64,000 nucleotides of DNA from Akkermansia sp. Its GTDB lineage: Bacteria; Verrucomicrobiota; Verrucomicrobiia; Verrucomicrobiales; Akkermansiaceae. Positions 10,060 through 20,170 of the stretch are shown in pieces (the stretch's first letter is position 1; every line of letters starts with the position of its first letter). Location of the stretch: positions 1,307-65,306 of the forward strand of contig JAZSEM010000053.1 in assembly GCA_045531695.1 (NCBI GenBank), given 5' to 3'. Below the pieces are notes generated by a model. The model saw nothing but the letters and a program-made list of their open reading frames with translations, ran no database searches and was not told the DNA's origin. A program made the position numbers and the translations under genes.

Positions 10060-10232
10060 TTACGAGGTACGAAGGACTAGGTGATAAAAAAAGCGGGCTT
10101 TCGTTCGCGGGTATGCGTAGCTTATTCCACCGTTTACGCCCGTGCTACACGCGCGGTTCGTAGCCGAGGCAAAGCTATGCTACCTTGCAGCGTAAGCCGC
10201 GGAATTTATACCTAGTCCTTCGTACTTCGTAA
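10060..10232. mobile_element. Putative MITE (173 bp) with 23-bp terminal inverted repeats
   Basis: ttacgaggtacgaaggactaggt (10060-10082) and acctagtccttcgtacttcgtaa (10210-10232) differ by 1 mismatch. A third related end lies at 9202-9252. No coding capacity. Confidence 0.55.
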
Positions 10233-10244
10233 TTAGTCCTTTTC

Positions 10245-12092
10245 TCACTTTTTGAGCCAGACCAGCAGCAGCGCGATGTCTGCCGGGGTGATACCGGGTA
10301 TGCGCGAGGCCTGGCCGATGGTGCCGGGGCGTATGCGGCTCAGGCGCTGGCGAGCTTCGGTTTTCATGGCCGGAATGGCATCGTAATCAATGTCGGCAGG
10401 TATGCGCTTGTCCTCCTGCCGTTGAATGCGCTCAGCGGTTACGCGCATGCGGTCGATATGGCCGGCGTAGACGACCTCGATGGCGATGGGTTCCCACAGG
10501 TCAGCGGGGAAGGTGGATTGTAAATCAGCGGGCAGGTTTTGCCATTCATTGCCGGGGCGACGCAGCCAGAGGTTGAGGTTCACGCCCGGTTCCACCTTGA
10601 TGCGGTTGGTGAGTTCCACGCCCTGCTGAATGTCGCTCAGTCGCTTGGCTGCGGCAGCACCGCGCTCCGGGGAGAGCAGACCCAGCTCCGCCGCCAGCGG
10701 GGACAGGCGCAGGTCGGCGTTGTCCTGTCGCAGCAGCAGGCGCATTTCGGCACGGCTGGTGAACATGCGGTAGGGTTCATCGGTACCGCGGGTTACGAGG
10801 TCGTCGACCATCACGCCCAGATAGGCTTGGTCACGGCGCAGAATGAGCGGTTGCTTGCCCTGCAGGGCCAGCATGGCATTGGCACCGGCCAGCAACCCCT
10901 GACCGGCGGCCTCCTCGTAGCCGCTGGTACCGTTAATCTGGCCGGCAAAGTACAGGCCGCGCACGCGCTTGGTTTCGAGGGTAGGCTGTAGCTCCGTGGG
11001 GGGCACAAAGTCGTACTCCACGGCATAGCCGGGGCGTATGAGCTCGGCGTGCTCCAGTCCGGGGATACTGTGCACGATGTCCTGCTGCACCGAGAAGGGC
11101 AGGCTGGAGGACAGGCCGTTGAGGTAGTACTCGTCGGTACTGCGGCCCTCGGGTTCGATGAATATCTGGTGGCGCTCCTTCTCGGCAAAGCGCACGACCT
11201 TATCCTCGATACTGGGGCAGTAGCGGGGGCCTGTGCCCTCAATCACGCCACCGAACAGGGGGCTGTACTGCAGGTTGGCGCGTATGATGTCGTGTGTGCG
11301 CTCGTTGGTGTAGGTCGAGCCACAGGCCATTTGCTGCAGCACGAAGTCCGAATCGGTCAGGTAATTGAGTGTGCAATGGGGCTCGGTGGAGCGGCTCAGC
11401 ACCTCGCGGGAGATATTACTGAAGAGGGGTGGCGGTTCGTCGCCCGGCTGCATTTCCAGCGAGCTGAAGTCGATGGTGCTGCCCTTGATGCGGGGGGATG
11501 TCCCGGTCTTGAAACGCGCCAGCGGGAAACCCAGCTTGGCCAGACTAGCCGAAATACCTGTAGCCACTGCACCCAGACGCCCACCCGGCAGGTGGTCCAT
11601 ACCTACGTGCAGCAGACCTCGCATGAAAGTGCCGCTGCAGAGCACTACGGCGCGGGCCGCTATCTTCTGCCCCCACGTGGTGGTCACACCGGTCACTCGG
11701 CCGTTGTCGGTTACGATTTCTGCGGCATCTCCCTGCACGAGCTGCACACCGGGGGCTGTCTCCATAACCCACTTCATGCGGGCTCGGTAGGCGAGCTTGT
11801 CGCACTGGGCGCGGGGGGCGCGCACACTGGGGCCTTTGCTTGCATTGAGCATGCGGAACTGGATGGCCGTGGCATCCGTATTGAGCCCCATGGCACCGCC
11901 GAGGGCGTCGATTTCACGCACGATATGCCCTTTGGCCAGGCCGCCGATTGCCGGGTTGCAGCTCATCTGCCCTATGGTGTCGAGGTCATGGGTAATGAAG
12001 GCCACACGACCACCCAGACGCGCGGCTGCGAGGGCTGCTTCTATTCCGGCGTGTCCACCGCCGATAACGGCTATGTCGAATATCCGGGACAT
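10245..12092 (-). CDS. mnmG: tRNA uridine-5-carboxymethylaminomethyl(34) synthesis enzyme MnmG (GidA)
   Basis: GGGHAG FAD motif, [26 protein letters not shown] and [16 protein letters not shown]. Confidence 0.98.
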   Translation of the reverse strand: MSRIFDIAVIGGGHAGIEAALAAARLGGRVAFITHDLDTIGQMSCNPAIGGLAKGHIVREIDALGGAMGLNTDATAIQFRMLNASKGPSVRAPRAQCDKLAYRARMKWVMETAPGVQLVQGDAAEIVTDNGRVTGVTTTWGQKIAARAVVLCSGTFMRGLLHVGMDHLPGGRLGAVATGISASLAKLGFPLARFKTGTSPRIKGSTIDFSSLEMQPGDEPPPLFSNISREVLSRSTEPHCTLNYLTDSDFVLQQMACGSTYTNERTHDIIRANLQYSPLFGGVIEGTGPRYCPSIEDKVVRFAEKERHQIFIEPEGRSTDEYYLNGLSSSLPFSVQQDIVHSIPGLEHAELIRPGYAVEYDFVPPTELQPTLETKRVRGLYFAGQINGTSGYEEAAGQGLLAGANAMLALQGKQPLILRRDQAYLGVMVDDLVTRGTDEPYRMFTSRAEMRLLLRQDNADLRLSPLAAELGLLSPERGAAAAKRLSDIQQGVELTNRIKVEPGVNLNLWLRRPGNEWQNLPADLQSTFPADLWEPIAIEVVYAGHIDRMRVTAERIQRQEDKRIPADIDYDAIPAMKTEARQRLSRIRPGTIGQASRIPGITPADIALLLVWLKK

Positions 12093-12111
12093 GGGAAAAA
12101 GAGATTTGATA

Positions 12112-14595
12112 TTACAGGGATAGGCTGGCTTCGGCCATCTGCAGCAATTTTGCGCATTCTGTGTGTCCGTTCATTCTGGCATAGTTGAGCGGGGTGTTGT
12201 TGTTCATGTCCTTCAGGTAGGGGGTGGCTCGGGCGTTCAGCAGTACTTTTATTGTATTGATGTCTCCGTTTTTGGCTGCAGCATGAAGGGCGGTGCGGCC
12301 TGTGTTGTTCCTGTAGTTGACCATGGCTCCGGCTTTGAGGAGTAATTGGGCACAGTATGCTTTGCCATGCGAGGCTGCCACGATGAGTGCGGTTTCGTTG
12401 TTTCGATCTTTTTTATCTACTGCCGCGTTTGCTTTCAGGAGTAATTGCAGGCATTCCGCATGTCCCAGTTTGGCTGCCAGATGCAGCAATGGTTGCGAAT
12501 CGGTACCCTGATCCGGACTTGCCCCTTTGTTGAGCAAGGCCTGAGTACAGAATGGGTGTTGATTCTTTATGCTCCAGTACAGCAGGCTGCGCCCGCTATT
12601 ATCTGTTTCATTTGGGTTACATCCTCTGTCGAGCAGGAGTCGTACACACTCAATATGGCCATTGCAGCAGGCTTCGTAAAGGGGGCTTGGACGTTTGCTA
12701 TGTGTCATCGGTAAGGTCGCGCCCTTGTTGAGAAGTGCTCGCAAGCAGTTTGTGTAACCTTTTTCTGCAGCTTCGTGCAGCAGTGTAATACCGTCTGTCT
12801 TTTCCTCATTGGGATTTGCTCCGGCATCCAACAGGGCTATCATGCATTCCGGTCTATTTACGTCCAGGGCTGCGTGCAGGGCGCTTTCCTCACCCTCGTC
12901 AGATTTCTGTACATTGGCTCCTGCTCTGATGAGCAGGAGCAGGGTTTGCATGCTTCCTTCCTTGACTGTGGCAAGCATGACCTTAGTGTATTCTTTGGGC
13001 AAGATGTGACGTTTGCTCAAATCAGTGGCGGCGTTGAGCATGTCGGCACATTCCGCGTGGCCGTTTTGTTTAGCAACTTCCTCGGGGGTAAGTCCGGCGG
13101 CGTTTCGGCTCAGGAAATCTGCACCTGCAGCCATCACTAAGCGTAGGCAGTGAAGGTGTCCCCCTGTGGCGGCAAGGTGTACAATGCCGTCATCGTTTTT
13201 TGACCTTGCTGCGATGTCTGCTCCTGCAGTCAGAAGCGGGGCAATGACAGAGCTGTTGCCCTGTTCTGCTGCCAGCAGCAGGGGAGTAATCCCCTTTTCA
13301 TTGCGGGCATTAGCATCTGTTCCTGCCTGCAACAGGAGTGTTACCAATTCTGAGTTTCCTTCAATGATTGCCTGAAAGAGCGCAGATTCGTGGTTACCAT
13401 GGATTCCTTGCTGTTGCAGAGTGGCGGTAGCAAGGATTTTGAGTATGGGGGTGTCCTCTTCTCCAAAAAGTTGCATGGCTGTTTTTCCATCTGCATTGAC
13501 AGCGGTGATATCAACTCCCTTGCTTACCAGTTTTTGTATGAGAGTGGCTTCGTCGTTCAGTATGGCTAAGTGCAGAGTGGTCTGTCCATCGGGGCTTAAT
13601 TCATGAACATTCGCCCCCTTGTCGAGCAGCAGATGTGCACAATCAGGGTGATTGTTTTTGAGCGCTATGAGAAGGGGAGACCAGCCGTTATCTGTCTTGA
13701 TTTCCGGATCTGCTCCACTCTCCAACAGAGCTTGTACGCAAGCTGAATAGTCAGAATTGCAAGCTATAAAAAGCGGTGTGTAACCGTTTTTGTTAACCGT
13801 ATTGATGGGGGTACCGGATTTTATCAATTCTTTTACGCAGTCTGTACGTCCGTGTTCACATGCTTTGTGTAACGGGGTGTTACCGGATGGGCCGGTGACA
13901 TCCGTTCGGGCACCTGCTGCCAGTAATTGTTGCAGAATGGCGACGTTCCCGCTTTTGGCAGCAAGAAACAGTGCCGTTTCGCCATTTGTTGTGGCATGAA
14001 CATCCGCCCCGGCCTGCAAGAGCAGCGCTACGGTTTCGATGTTGTCGGAACTTGTGGCAATATGGAGAAGGGATGGCTTATTACCGCTCTGTGTGTTGGG
14101 ATTTGCTCCGGCTGCGAGCAGAATTTTTATGCATTCATGTTTATAGGATTCTGTGGCTTCGCGCAGAGCTGTGGAATGGCTCTTATCTTCACTCTGCAGA
14201 TCAGCTCCATTATCCACCAGCAGCTGTACACAATCTGCGTGCCCTTCCTTCGCCGCCAGGTGCAGAGCCGTGCTGCCATATGACGTGACAGCATGGATAT
14301 TGGCTTTGGCCTCAATGCTTTGGCGCAGAAGCTCGGCATCGCCCATTTCGGCGGCCTTCAGCATCTGTTCATCGATGGGCGAGTTCTGAATCTCTGCTGT
14401 TTTTGTTTGCTTGGTTTGATTGTTGGCTGTAGACTGTGGTTTTTTCTCTTCCTGTCGGGAATCTTTTGCCGGTAGGTGAGTCTGTTGTTGTGGGGCAGAG
14501 TCCGGCAGGTAAAGGAAGGTAACGCCGGCTATGCCCAGTGCGCCTATACTGAGAATGCCGATGTTGAGTGCGATTCTGGTGGATCGATACCGCAT
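12112..14595 (-). CDS. Long ankyrin-repeat protein with N-terminal membrane anchor (~20 repeats)
   Basis: Many G-x-T-(A/P)-L-H-x-A-A…LL-x-x-GA units (e.g. [37 protein letters not shown]) after a TM segment and a polar linker. Confidence 0.92.
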   Translation of the reverse strand: MRYRSTRIALNIGILSIGALGIAGVTFLYLPDSAPQQQTHLPAKDSRQEEKKPQSTANNQTKQTKTAEIQNSPIDEQMLKAAEMGDAELLRQSIEAKANIHAVTSYGSTALHLAAKEGHADCVQLLVDNGADLQSEDKSHSTALREATESYKHECIKILLAAGANPNTQSGNKPSLLHIATSSDNIETVALLLQAGADVHATTNGETALFLAAKSGNVAILQQLLAAGARTDVTGPSGNTPLHKACEHGRTDCVKELIKSGTPINTVNKNGYTPLFIACNSDYSACVQALLESGADPEIKTDNGWSPLLIALKNNHPDCAHLLLDKGANVHELSPDGQTTLHLAILNDEATLIQKLVSKGVDITAVNADGKTAMQLFGEEDTPILKILATATLQQQGIHGNHESALFQAIIEGNSELVTLLLQAGTDANARNEKGITPLLLAAEQGNSSVIAPLLTAGADIAARSKNDDGIVHLAATGGHLHCLRLVMAAGADFLSRNAAGLTPEEVAKQNGHAECADMLNAATDLSKRHILPKEYTKVMLATVKEGSMQTLLLLIRAGANVQKSDEGEESALHAALDVNRPECMIALLDAGANPNEEKTDGITLLHEAAEKGYTNCLRALLNKGATLPMTHSKRPSPLYEACCNGHIECVRLLLDRGCNPNETDNSGRSLLYWSIKNQHPFCTQALLNKGASPDQGTDSQPLLHLAAKLGHAECLQLLLKANAAVDKKDRNNETALIVAASHGKAYCAQLLLKAGAMVNYRNNTGRTALHAAAKNGDINTIKVLLNARATPYLKDMNNNTPLNYARMNGHTECAKLLQMAEASLSL

Positions 14596-14606
14596 GAACC
14601 GAGGGG

Positions 14607-15689
14607 TTAGTTGGCTGATATGGCTTTAGCTATACATTCTGCCGCATCGGGGCGAGCCTGAGCACGCATGGCCTCCTCCATGGTGATACGAGCGGTGGAA
14701 TCCATGATAGTGCCGTGTACGAAGTCGTGGACTTTCTCGATGGTCAGCTCCGATTGTTGGTACATGACGGCAGCACCGGCGTCGCTGAACACACGGGCGT
14801 TGAAGCTCTGGTGGTCGTCTGCAGCAAAGGGGAAGGGAACCAGCAGGCAGGCCTTGCCGATGAATGAGAGCTCGGTGAGGGTGGAGGCTCCGGAGCGGGC
14901 AATGACGCCATCGGCTGCAGCGTAGGCGGCAGGCATGTCGGAGCAGAAGCCGATAACGGTGATGTTGGGGGCACCGGCTGCCAGTCCGCTCACTCGCTCA
15001 TAATCCAGGCGGCCGGCAATCACAAAGTAGTGCACATCAGGGTCGGCCTTGGCGGCATCGATAAGCAGGCTGTTGAGATTGCGAGCCCCCTGTGAGCCGC
15101 CTGTTACCAGGATAACGGTTTTATCCTGCGGCAGGCCGAGCTTTTCTCTGGCCTCATTTCGGGAGGGCAGGTGGCGCAGCTCATCGCGTACCGGGGTGCC
15201 GGTTACGATGCAGCGGTGCCCGCCGAAACGAGCTACGGCTTCCTTCAACCCGACCATGACGGCTGTACACCAGCGGGCGGTCAGGCGATTGGATTTGCCG
15301 GGCATGGCGTTGCTCTCGTGCACGTAAGTGCGCAGCCCCATGTAGTGACCGGCCATGACCGGCGGCAGTGAGGTAAAGCCCCCCATACCGATAACCACAT
15401 CGGCCTGTTCCTTACGAATGATGCTGCGACAGGTCAGCCAGGAACGCAGCATTTTCCACAGAAAGCCGGGCATTTTCGGGGAGAGTGTAGCGGGCTTGGC
15501 GATGGCCTGCACGGTGTGGAACTTCAGGTCGCCGTATTTGCGGGAGGCCTCGGCATCTACCTCCTTTTGCGAAATAAGCAGCACAGGGTTGTGTCCCATG
15601 CTGCGTAATTGCTGAGCCACGGCAATGCCGGGGAAAAGATGCCCGCCGGTACCGCCGCAGGCAATGATGACGTTGAGAGCTTTGTTCAT
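14607..15689 (-). CDS. murG: UDP-GlcNAc:lipid I N-acetylglucosaminyltransferase MurG
   Basis: GGTGGHLFP, HESNAMPG, GGSQGA, RSGASTLTE and PFAADDHQ motifs. Confidence 0.97.
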   Translation of the reverse strand: MNKALNVIIACGGTGGHLFPGIAVAQQLRSMGHNPVLLISQKEVDAEASRKYGDLKFHTVQAIAKPATLSPKMPGFLWKMLRSWLTCRSIIRKEQADVVIGMGGFTSLPPVMAGHYMGLRTYVHESNAMPGKSNRLTARWCTAVMVGLKEAVARFGGHRCIVTGTPVRDELRHLPSRNEAREKLGLPQDKTVILVTGGSQGARNLNSLLIDAAKADPDVHYFVIAGRLDYERVSGLAAGAPNITVIGFCSDMPAAYAAADGVIARSGASTLTELSFIGKACLLVPFPFAADDHQSFNARVFSDAGAAVMYQQSELTIEKVHDFVHGTIMDSTARITMEEAMRAQARPDAAECIAKAISAN

Positions 15690-16831
15690 GGTTTATTGAT
15701 TTCCTGTAATCTGCGGGTAGGCCAATAGACCTCCCTCTTGATGGGTGTATGGCGCTGTATACTCGTTAGCAGACCAATGGCACATATCGTGAATACCAGA
15801 TTGGTGCCACCGTAGCTGATAAAGGGTAAGGGAAGACCGGAGTTCGGCAACATGGAGGTGACAACCATCATGTTGAGCATAGCCGGCCAGAAGATGGTGC
15901 ATACCAAACCCGTTGCCAGCAGGCGACCGAAGGTATCGGTCATCTGCAGCGCCAGCAGGATTCCTGACAGCGTGAGCAATGTGAATAATATCAGCACACC
16001 GGCAGTGCCTACTAAGCCCCATTCTTCGCCTACCTCAGCAAAAATAAAGTCGGTATGGGCAAAGGGCAGGTTGCCGAACTTTTCAATTCCGTCGCCCAAT
16101 CCCACGCCGGTTATACCGCCACGAGCCAGTGCCAATATGGCAATCCACTGCTGTCGCCCGGCCTCACGGCTGTATTTTTCGGGGTCAAACCAGGCATAGA
16201 TTCGCTCCAGACGGTTGGCGCTGCCCGTGGCCTGATCGAACAGAACCAAGGCTCCCAGCAGGAAGCAGAGGAACAGTACCCAAGTGCGTACACCCGCAAC
16301 GTACATCACACAGAAACCTGACATGGCAAGTGCGGCAGCTGTACCCATGTCCTTTTCCACCAGAATGAGCAGGAGCGGAAAACCGAAGATGAAGCCCGGT
16401 GCAATGAAGCCACGCCAGAAAGTGCCGGCCATCTCTCGGTGGGTTGTATACCAGTGAGCCAGGCAAATCATGAGCACGCTCTTGGCCAGCTCACTGGGCT
16501 GAAAGCTCATGACACCAAGGTTAATCCAGCGATTTTCGCCATTGATATTCATGCCCACAACCGGCAGAAAGCAGCAGACAAGCAGTACGACTGTAATCCA
16601 CCACATGGGCGTTATGAATCTGCGCAGGATGTGGTAATCTACACAGCTGATAATCAGTGCTAAGCCAAGACCCAGAACAGCAAATTGACTTTGCTTTCTC
16701 AGGAATGTGGTAGGGTCGCCATCCTCACCCACCGGGGCACACAGCCCCGTACTGGCTACCATCATAATACCCAGAATGAGCAGGGTAATGAAGCAGAACC
16801 AGATGCAGATGATACTCAGGCGGGTGGACAT
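15686..16831 (-). CDS. ftsW: SEDS peptidoglycan polymerase FtsW
   Basis: Multi-TM protein with RWINLG…FQPSE, LPFAHTDFIF and GLPLPFISYGG motifs, adjacent to murG. Confidence 0.93.
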   Translation of the reverse strand: MSTRLSIICIWFCFITLLILGIMMVASTGLCAPVGEDGDPTTFLRKQSQFAVLGLGLALIISCVDYHILRRFITPMWWITVVLLVCCFLPVVGMNINGENRWINLGVMSFQPSELAKSVLMICLAHWYTTHREMAGTFWRGFIAPGFIFGFPLLLILVEKDMGTAAALAMSGFCVMYVAGVRTWVLFLCFLLGALVLFDQATGSANRLERIYAWFDPEKYSREAGRQQWIAILALARGGITGVGLGDGIEKFGNLPFAHTDFIFAEVGEEWGLVGTAGVLILFTLLTLSGILLALQMTDTFGRLLATGLVCTIFWPAMLNMMVVTSMLPNSGLPLPFISYGGTNLVFTICAIGLLTSIQRHTPIKREVYWPTRRLQEINKP

Positions 16832-16854
16832 GGGGCGACAGTTGTGTGGTCTAA

Positions 16855-17769
16855 TCAGTTGGCAATACGCAGGGTGTCACCTACACGGATTTTACCCTCG
16901 TTACCCTTGGCGATATTGTTGAGCTGCATGAGCTTGGCCACGGTGGTCTTGTGCTTGCGGGCAATGCGAGCCAGAGTGTCACCGCGCTTGATGGTGTAGA
17001 GCTTAGCTGCTTCGGTTGCAGCATCTGCAGCTTGTTGTGCCGCGATTCGGCGACCTGCGTCGGAATCTGCACTGACGGGGATATTCAGGTAGGTACCGCA
17101 AACGATGGTATTGTTGCGCAGGGAGGGGTTTGCCTTGCGTATAGCAGCGACACTGACCTTGTATTGAGCAGCAATAGCGAACAGTGTGTCGCCCGTTGCA
17201 ACAAGGTGCTTTTCGATGGCCTGCTGTGCCGGAGCCGGGGTGGCGGGAGCTACCGGGGCGGGGGCTGCAACTTCAGGGGCGGCAGGGGCAGCCGGCTCCA
17301 CAGCGACTTCCTCCACAACGGGAGGAGTCACAATCTCGGGCTCGGTGGGTACCACTGTGGGCTCTGCCTGAGCCGGTGCCTGAGTGATGTGGCCGGTGGC
17401 GGCAACCTCGGTGCGAACAGGGTTGGCTACGGGGCCGTCCACAGGCTGGGGAAGAACGTCATTAACGGGCTCAGCCGGAGCGGCAGGTGCTACCGGTGCC
17501 GGGGGCGCTGTGATGGTGGCCTCGGCTATGGGACCGGCCTCGCCCGACTTGATTTTACCGCGCAGAATCACACCACCGATGACAATGAGGTGAATGAGCA
17601 ACAGACCAATAATAAGGCGGACAATCGTGGTGCTGTTGTGGCGGTCTTCCACCAGCCCCATATTGCCGTGGTACTTGAAGGTCTTGTTGATGAATGTGCG
17701 GATGAAATGTTTCTTAGGCTTCACACGAGCCATGTCTGAGTTGCGGAAAGTAGAGGATTGACGCTTCAT
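16855..17769 (-). CDS. Membrane-anchored protein with two LysM domains and Pro/Ala-rich linker
   Basis: One TM helix, then HLVATGDTLFAIAAQY and YTIKRGDTLARIARKH LysM repeats. Alternative start at 17733. Confidence 0.9.
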   Translation of the reverse strand: MKRQSSTFRNSDMARVKPKKHFIRTFINKTFKYHGNMGLVEDRHNSTTIVRLIIGLLLIHLIVIGGVILRGKIKSGEAGPIAEATITAPPAPVAPAAPAEPVNDVLPQPVDGPVANPVRTEVAATGHITQAPAQAEPTVVPTEPEIVTPPVVEEVAVEPAAPAAPEVAAPAPVAPATPAPAQQAIEKHLVATGDTLFAIAAQYKVSVAAIRKANPSLRNNTIVCGTYLNIPVSADSDAGRRIAAQQAADAATEAAKLYTIKRGDTLARIARKHKTTVAKLMQLNNIAKGNEGKIRVGDTLRIAN

Positions 17770-17793
17770 AAATGGATACAGGGGGGAATGAGA

Positions 17794-19104
17794 TTAAAGA
17801 TTGAGAGTTTTGAGAACAGCTGCGCGGAAGCACTCGCCACGCTGAACATAACCGGTAAACTGGTCGAAGGAGGAGGTGCCGGGGGAGAAGAGTACCACAT
17901 CGCCGGACTTAGCCTCACGGGCTGCTGCGGCCACTGCCTCCTGCACGGTTTCTACGCGGATGGTGCGACATACGGGCGAGAATGTTTCCTCGAGCTGTCC
18001 TGCAATCTGTCCAAAGACGACACAGCAGCGAGCCTTCTCTGCCAGCATGGGGTTGATGGCGGTGTAGTCCAGCCCCTTGTCTTTACCGCCGGCAAGCAGT
18101 ACGATGGGGCGGGTCTGGGAACGGACTGCAGCCTCGGTGGAGTGCAGGTTGGTGCTCTTGGAGTCATTGAGCCACAGTACGCCATCCATCTCGGCTACGG
18201 TTTCGCAACGGTGCCCGGGAGGACTGAAGCTGCGGAGCCCGGCGGAAATCGCGGCATCGCTCAGGCCGACAGCACGGCAGGCCAGAGTGGCAGCCATGGC
18301 GTTTTCGGCATTGTGGGCCTGCTCCAGTGTGGTGCCACGCAGTTGAGTGAGGGGTGTTTCTCCCTCCATGATGTAGCCGTCCTTGTAGGAAAGCTGACCA
18401 CTTTCGCTGACAGAGGAGAATTCGGCCACGCGGGGCTTGAGGCCGGGCAGGTTTTCGCCCACTCGCACAATAGCCAGCTGCTCTTCGCTCATGTTTTCGA
18501 ACACACGCAGCTTGGCATTGAAGTAGTCCTCAACCTTGGCGTAGCGATCCATGTGGTCGGGAGCGAAGTTCAGCCAGATTGCCACCTCGGGGCGGAAGTC
18601 GACGATGGTCTCCATCTGGAAAGATGAGACCTCGAGCACCGCGAACTCAGGCTGCTCGGGCAGCATGGCCAGTTCGCAGAAGGGATACCCGTAATTACCG
18701 CATGCCTTGGCTGTGTGACCTGCCTGCAGCAGAACATGTTCCAACAGGGCGGTCGTGGTGGTTTTGCCGTTGGTTCCGGTGATGGCGATGATTCGGCCAC
18801 TGTAATAGTGGTAGCCCAGCTCAATTTCACCGATAATGGGTGCACCGGCGCAGGCGAATGCCAGAGTCCACGGAATGTCTGCCTCGATACCGGGGGAGAG
18901 TATGACGAGCTCTGCTGCAAAGGTATGAGCGTCTGCCTCTCCCGCGCCGGGGACGAAGTTCAGTGAGCTGTCGGAGCAGGTGGCTTTCGGGTTGCTGTCG
19001 AATATGCACACCTCGCCGGCCCCCTGGGCAAGCGCCAAGCGAGCGGCGGCCACTCCACTGCGACCGCAACCGAGAACTGCTACTTTTTTACCGGTGAGAT
19101 TCAT
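17794..19104 (-). CDS. murD: UDP-MurNAc-L-Ala:D-Glu ligase MurD
   Basis: GCGRSG, ITGTNGKTTT, EVSSFQ, NDSKSTN and SPGTSSFDQF motifs. Confidence 0.97.
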   Translation of the reverse strand: MNLTGKKVAVLGCGRSGVAAARLALAQGAGEVCIFDSNPKATCSDSSLNFVPGAGEADAHTFAAELVILSPGIEADIPWTLAFACAGAPIIGEIELGYHYYSGRIIAITGTNGKTTTTALLEHVLLQAGHTAKACGNYGYPFCELAMLPEQPEFAVLEVSSFQMETIVDFRPEVAIWLNFAPDHMDRYAKVEDYFNAKLRVFENMSEEQLAIVRVGENLPGLKPRVAEFSSVSESGQLSYKDGYIMEGETPLTQLRGTTLEQAHNAENAMAATLACRAVGLSDAAISAGLRSFSPPGHRCETVAEMDGVLWLNDSKSTNLHSTEAAVRSQTRPIVLLAGGKDKGLDYTAINPMLAEKARCCVVFGQIAGQLEETFSPVCRTIRVETVQEAVAAAAREAKSGDVVLFSPGTSSFDQFTGYVQRGECFRAAVLKTLNL

Positions 19105-19135
19105 GGCTGATAAGGGCGGGGGATTGTACTATATT

Positions 19136-20167
19136 TTACTGTCCCATGCAAGAGAAAAAGAGGAACACACCGACGAATGCCAGAATGGCGGCAATAATCC
19201 AGAAACGGACGCAGACCTGAGTCTCACTCAACCCACCCTTCTCGAAATGGTGATGGATGGGGGCCATGCGGAAGATGCGGCGACCCTCACCGAACTTGAT
19301 GCGGGTGAACTTAAACCAGCCCACCTGAATCATGACGGAAAGAGCCTCGGCCACAAACACGCCACCGATGATAACCAGCAGCAGTTCCGTGCCGCTGCAG
19401 ACGGCTACGGTACCCAGAGCACCACCCAGAGCCAGAGAACCGGTGTCGCCCATAAACACGCGGGCAGGATTGCAGTTGAACCACAGGAAACCGGCGCAGG
19501 CTGCTACGATGGGCAGCAGGAATGCAGGCATGATGGAGACGAGCTCCGTCATGTGGGTGGTGATGATGATGAAGGCAAGTGCTGCGATAATCATGCAACC
19601 GCTGGCCAGACCATCGAGTCCGTCGGTAAGGTTCACGGCGTTGGAGGTACCGATGATGACGAGAAGGGCGAGGGGAATGAAGACCCAGCCGATGTTAAGC
19701 GCACCGTAGAAGGGGATGTAGATGTTGCACACCTCGGGGCAGGCATAGTACAGGTAAACGGAGCAACCGGCAGCGGCAATGAACTGCAGGGCAATTTTGA
19801 ACCAGCCGCTCACACCGTCAGTGCTCTTCTTGGTGATTTTTGCGTAGTCGTCCAGGAACCCGAGGAATGCGGTGATAGCTGTGACAATCAGACAGCACTG
19901 AATGCGCGGGTCAGTGAGGTCGCACACCAGCAGAGCTGTGAGCAGGGTAAGGCCGATGAGCATGAGACCACCCATGGTGGGGGTGCCTACCTTGCTGCTG
20001 TGCTCGGGAGCAAGCACGCCCTTGCGGGCTTCGCGGATGGGCTGCCCGGCTTTCATGGCGCGCAGCATGGCAATGAGCCGAGGCCCGATAATCAGCGAGC
20101 CTACGAAGGGAATGACCATTGCAAGAATGGCCAGAAGAATCGGATTGGTGTCACAAAGTCGCAGCAT
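19136..20167 (-). CDS. mraY: Phospho-MurNAc-pentapeptide transferase MraY
   Basis: GTPTMGG, GFLDDY, SNAVNLTDGLDGL, FMGDTGS and MAPIHHHFE motifs. Confidence 0.97.
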   Translation of the reverse strand: MLRLCDTNPILLAILAMVIPFVGSLIIGPRLIAMLRAMKAGQPIREARKGVLAPEHSSKVGTPTMGGLMLIGLTLLTALLVCDLTDPRIQCCLIVTAITAFLGFLDDYAKITKKSTDGVSGWFKIALQFIAAAGCSVYLYYACPEVCNIYIPFYGALNIGWVFIPLALLVIIGTSNAVNLTDGLDGLASGCMIIAALAFIIITTHMTELVSIMPAFLLPIVAACAGFLWFNCNPARVFMGDTGSLALGGALGTVAVCSGTELLLVIIGGVFVAEALSVMIQVGWFKFTRIKFGEGRRIFRMAPIHHHFEKGGLSETQVCVRFWIIAAILAFVGVFLFFSCMGQ

Positions 20168-20170
20168 AAT

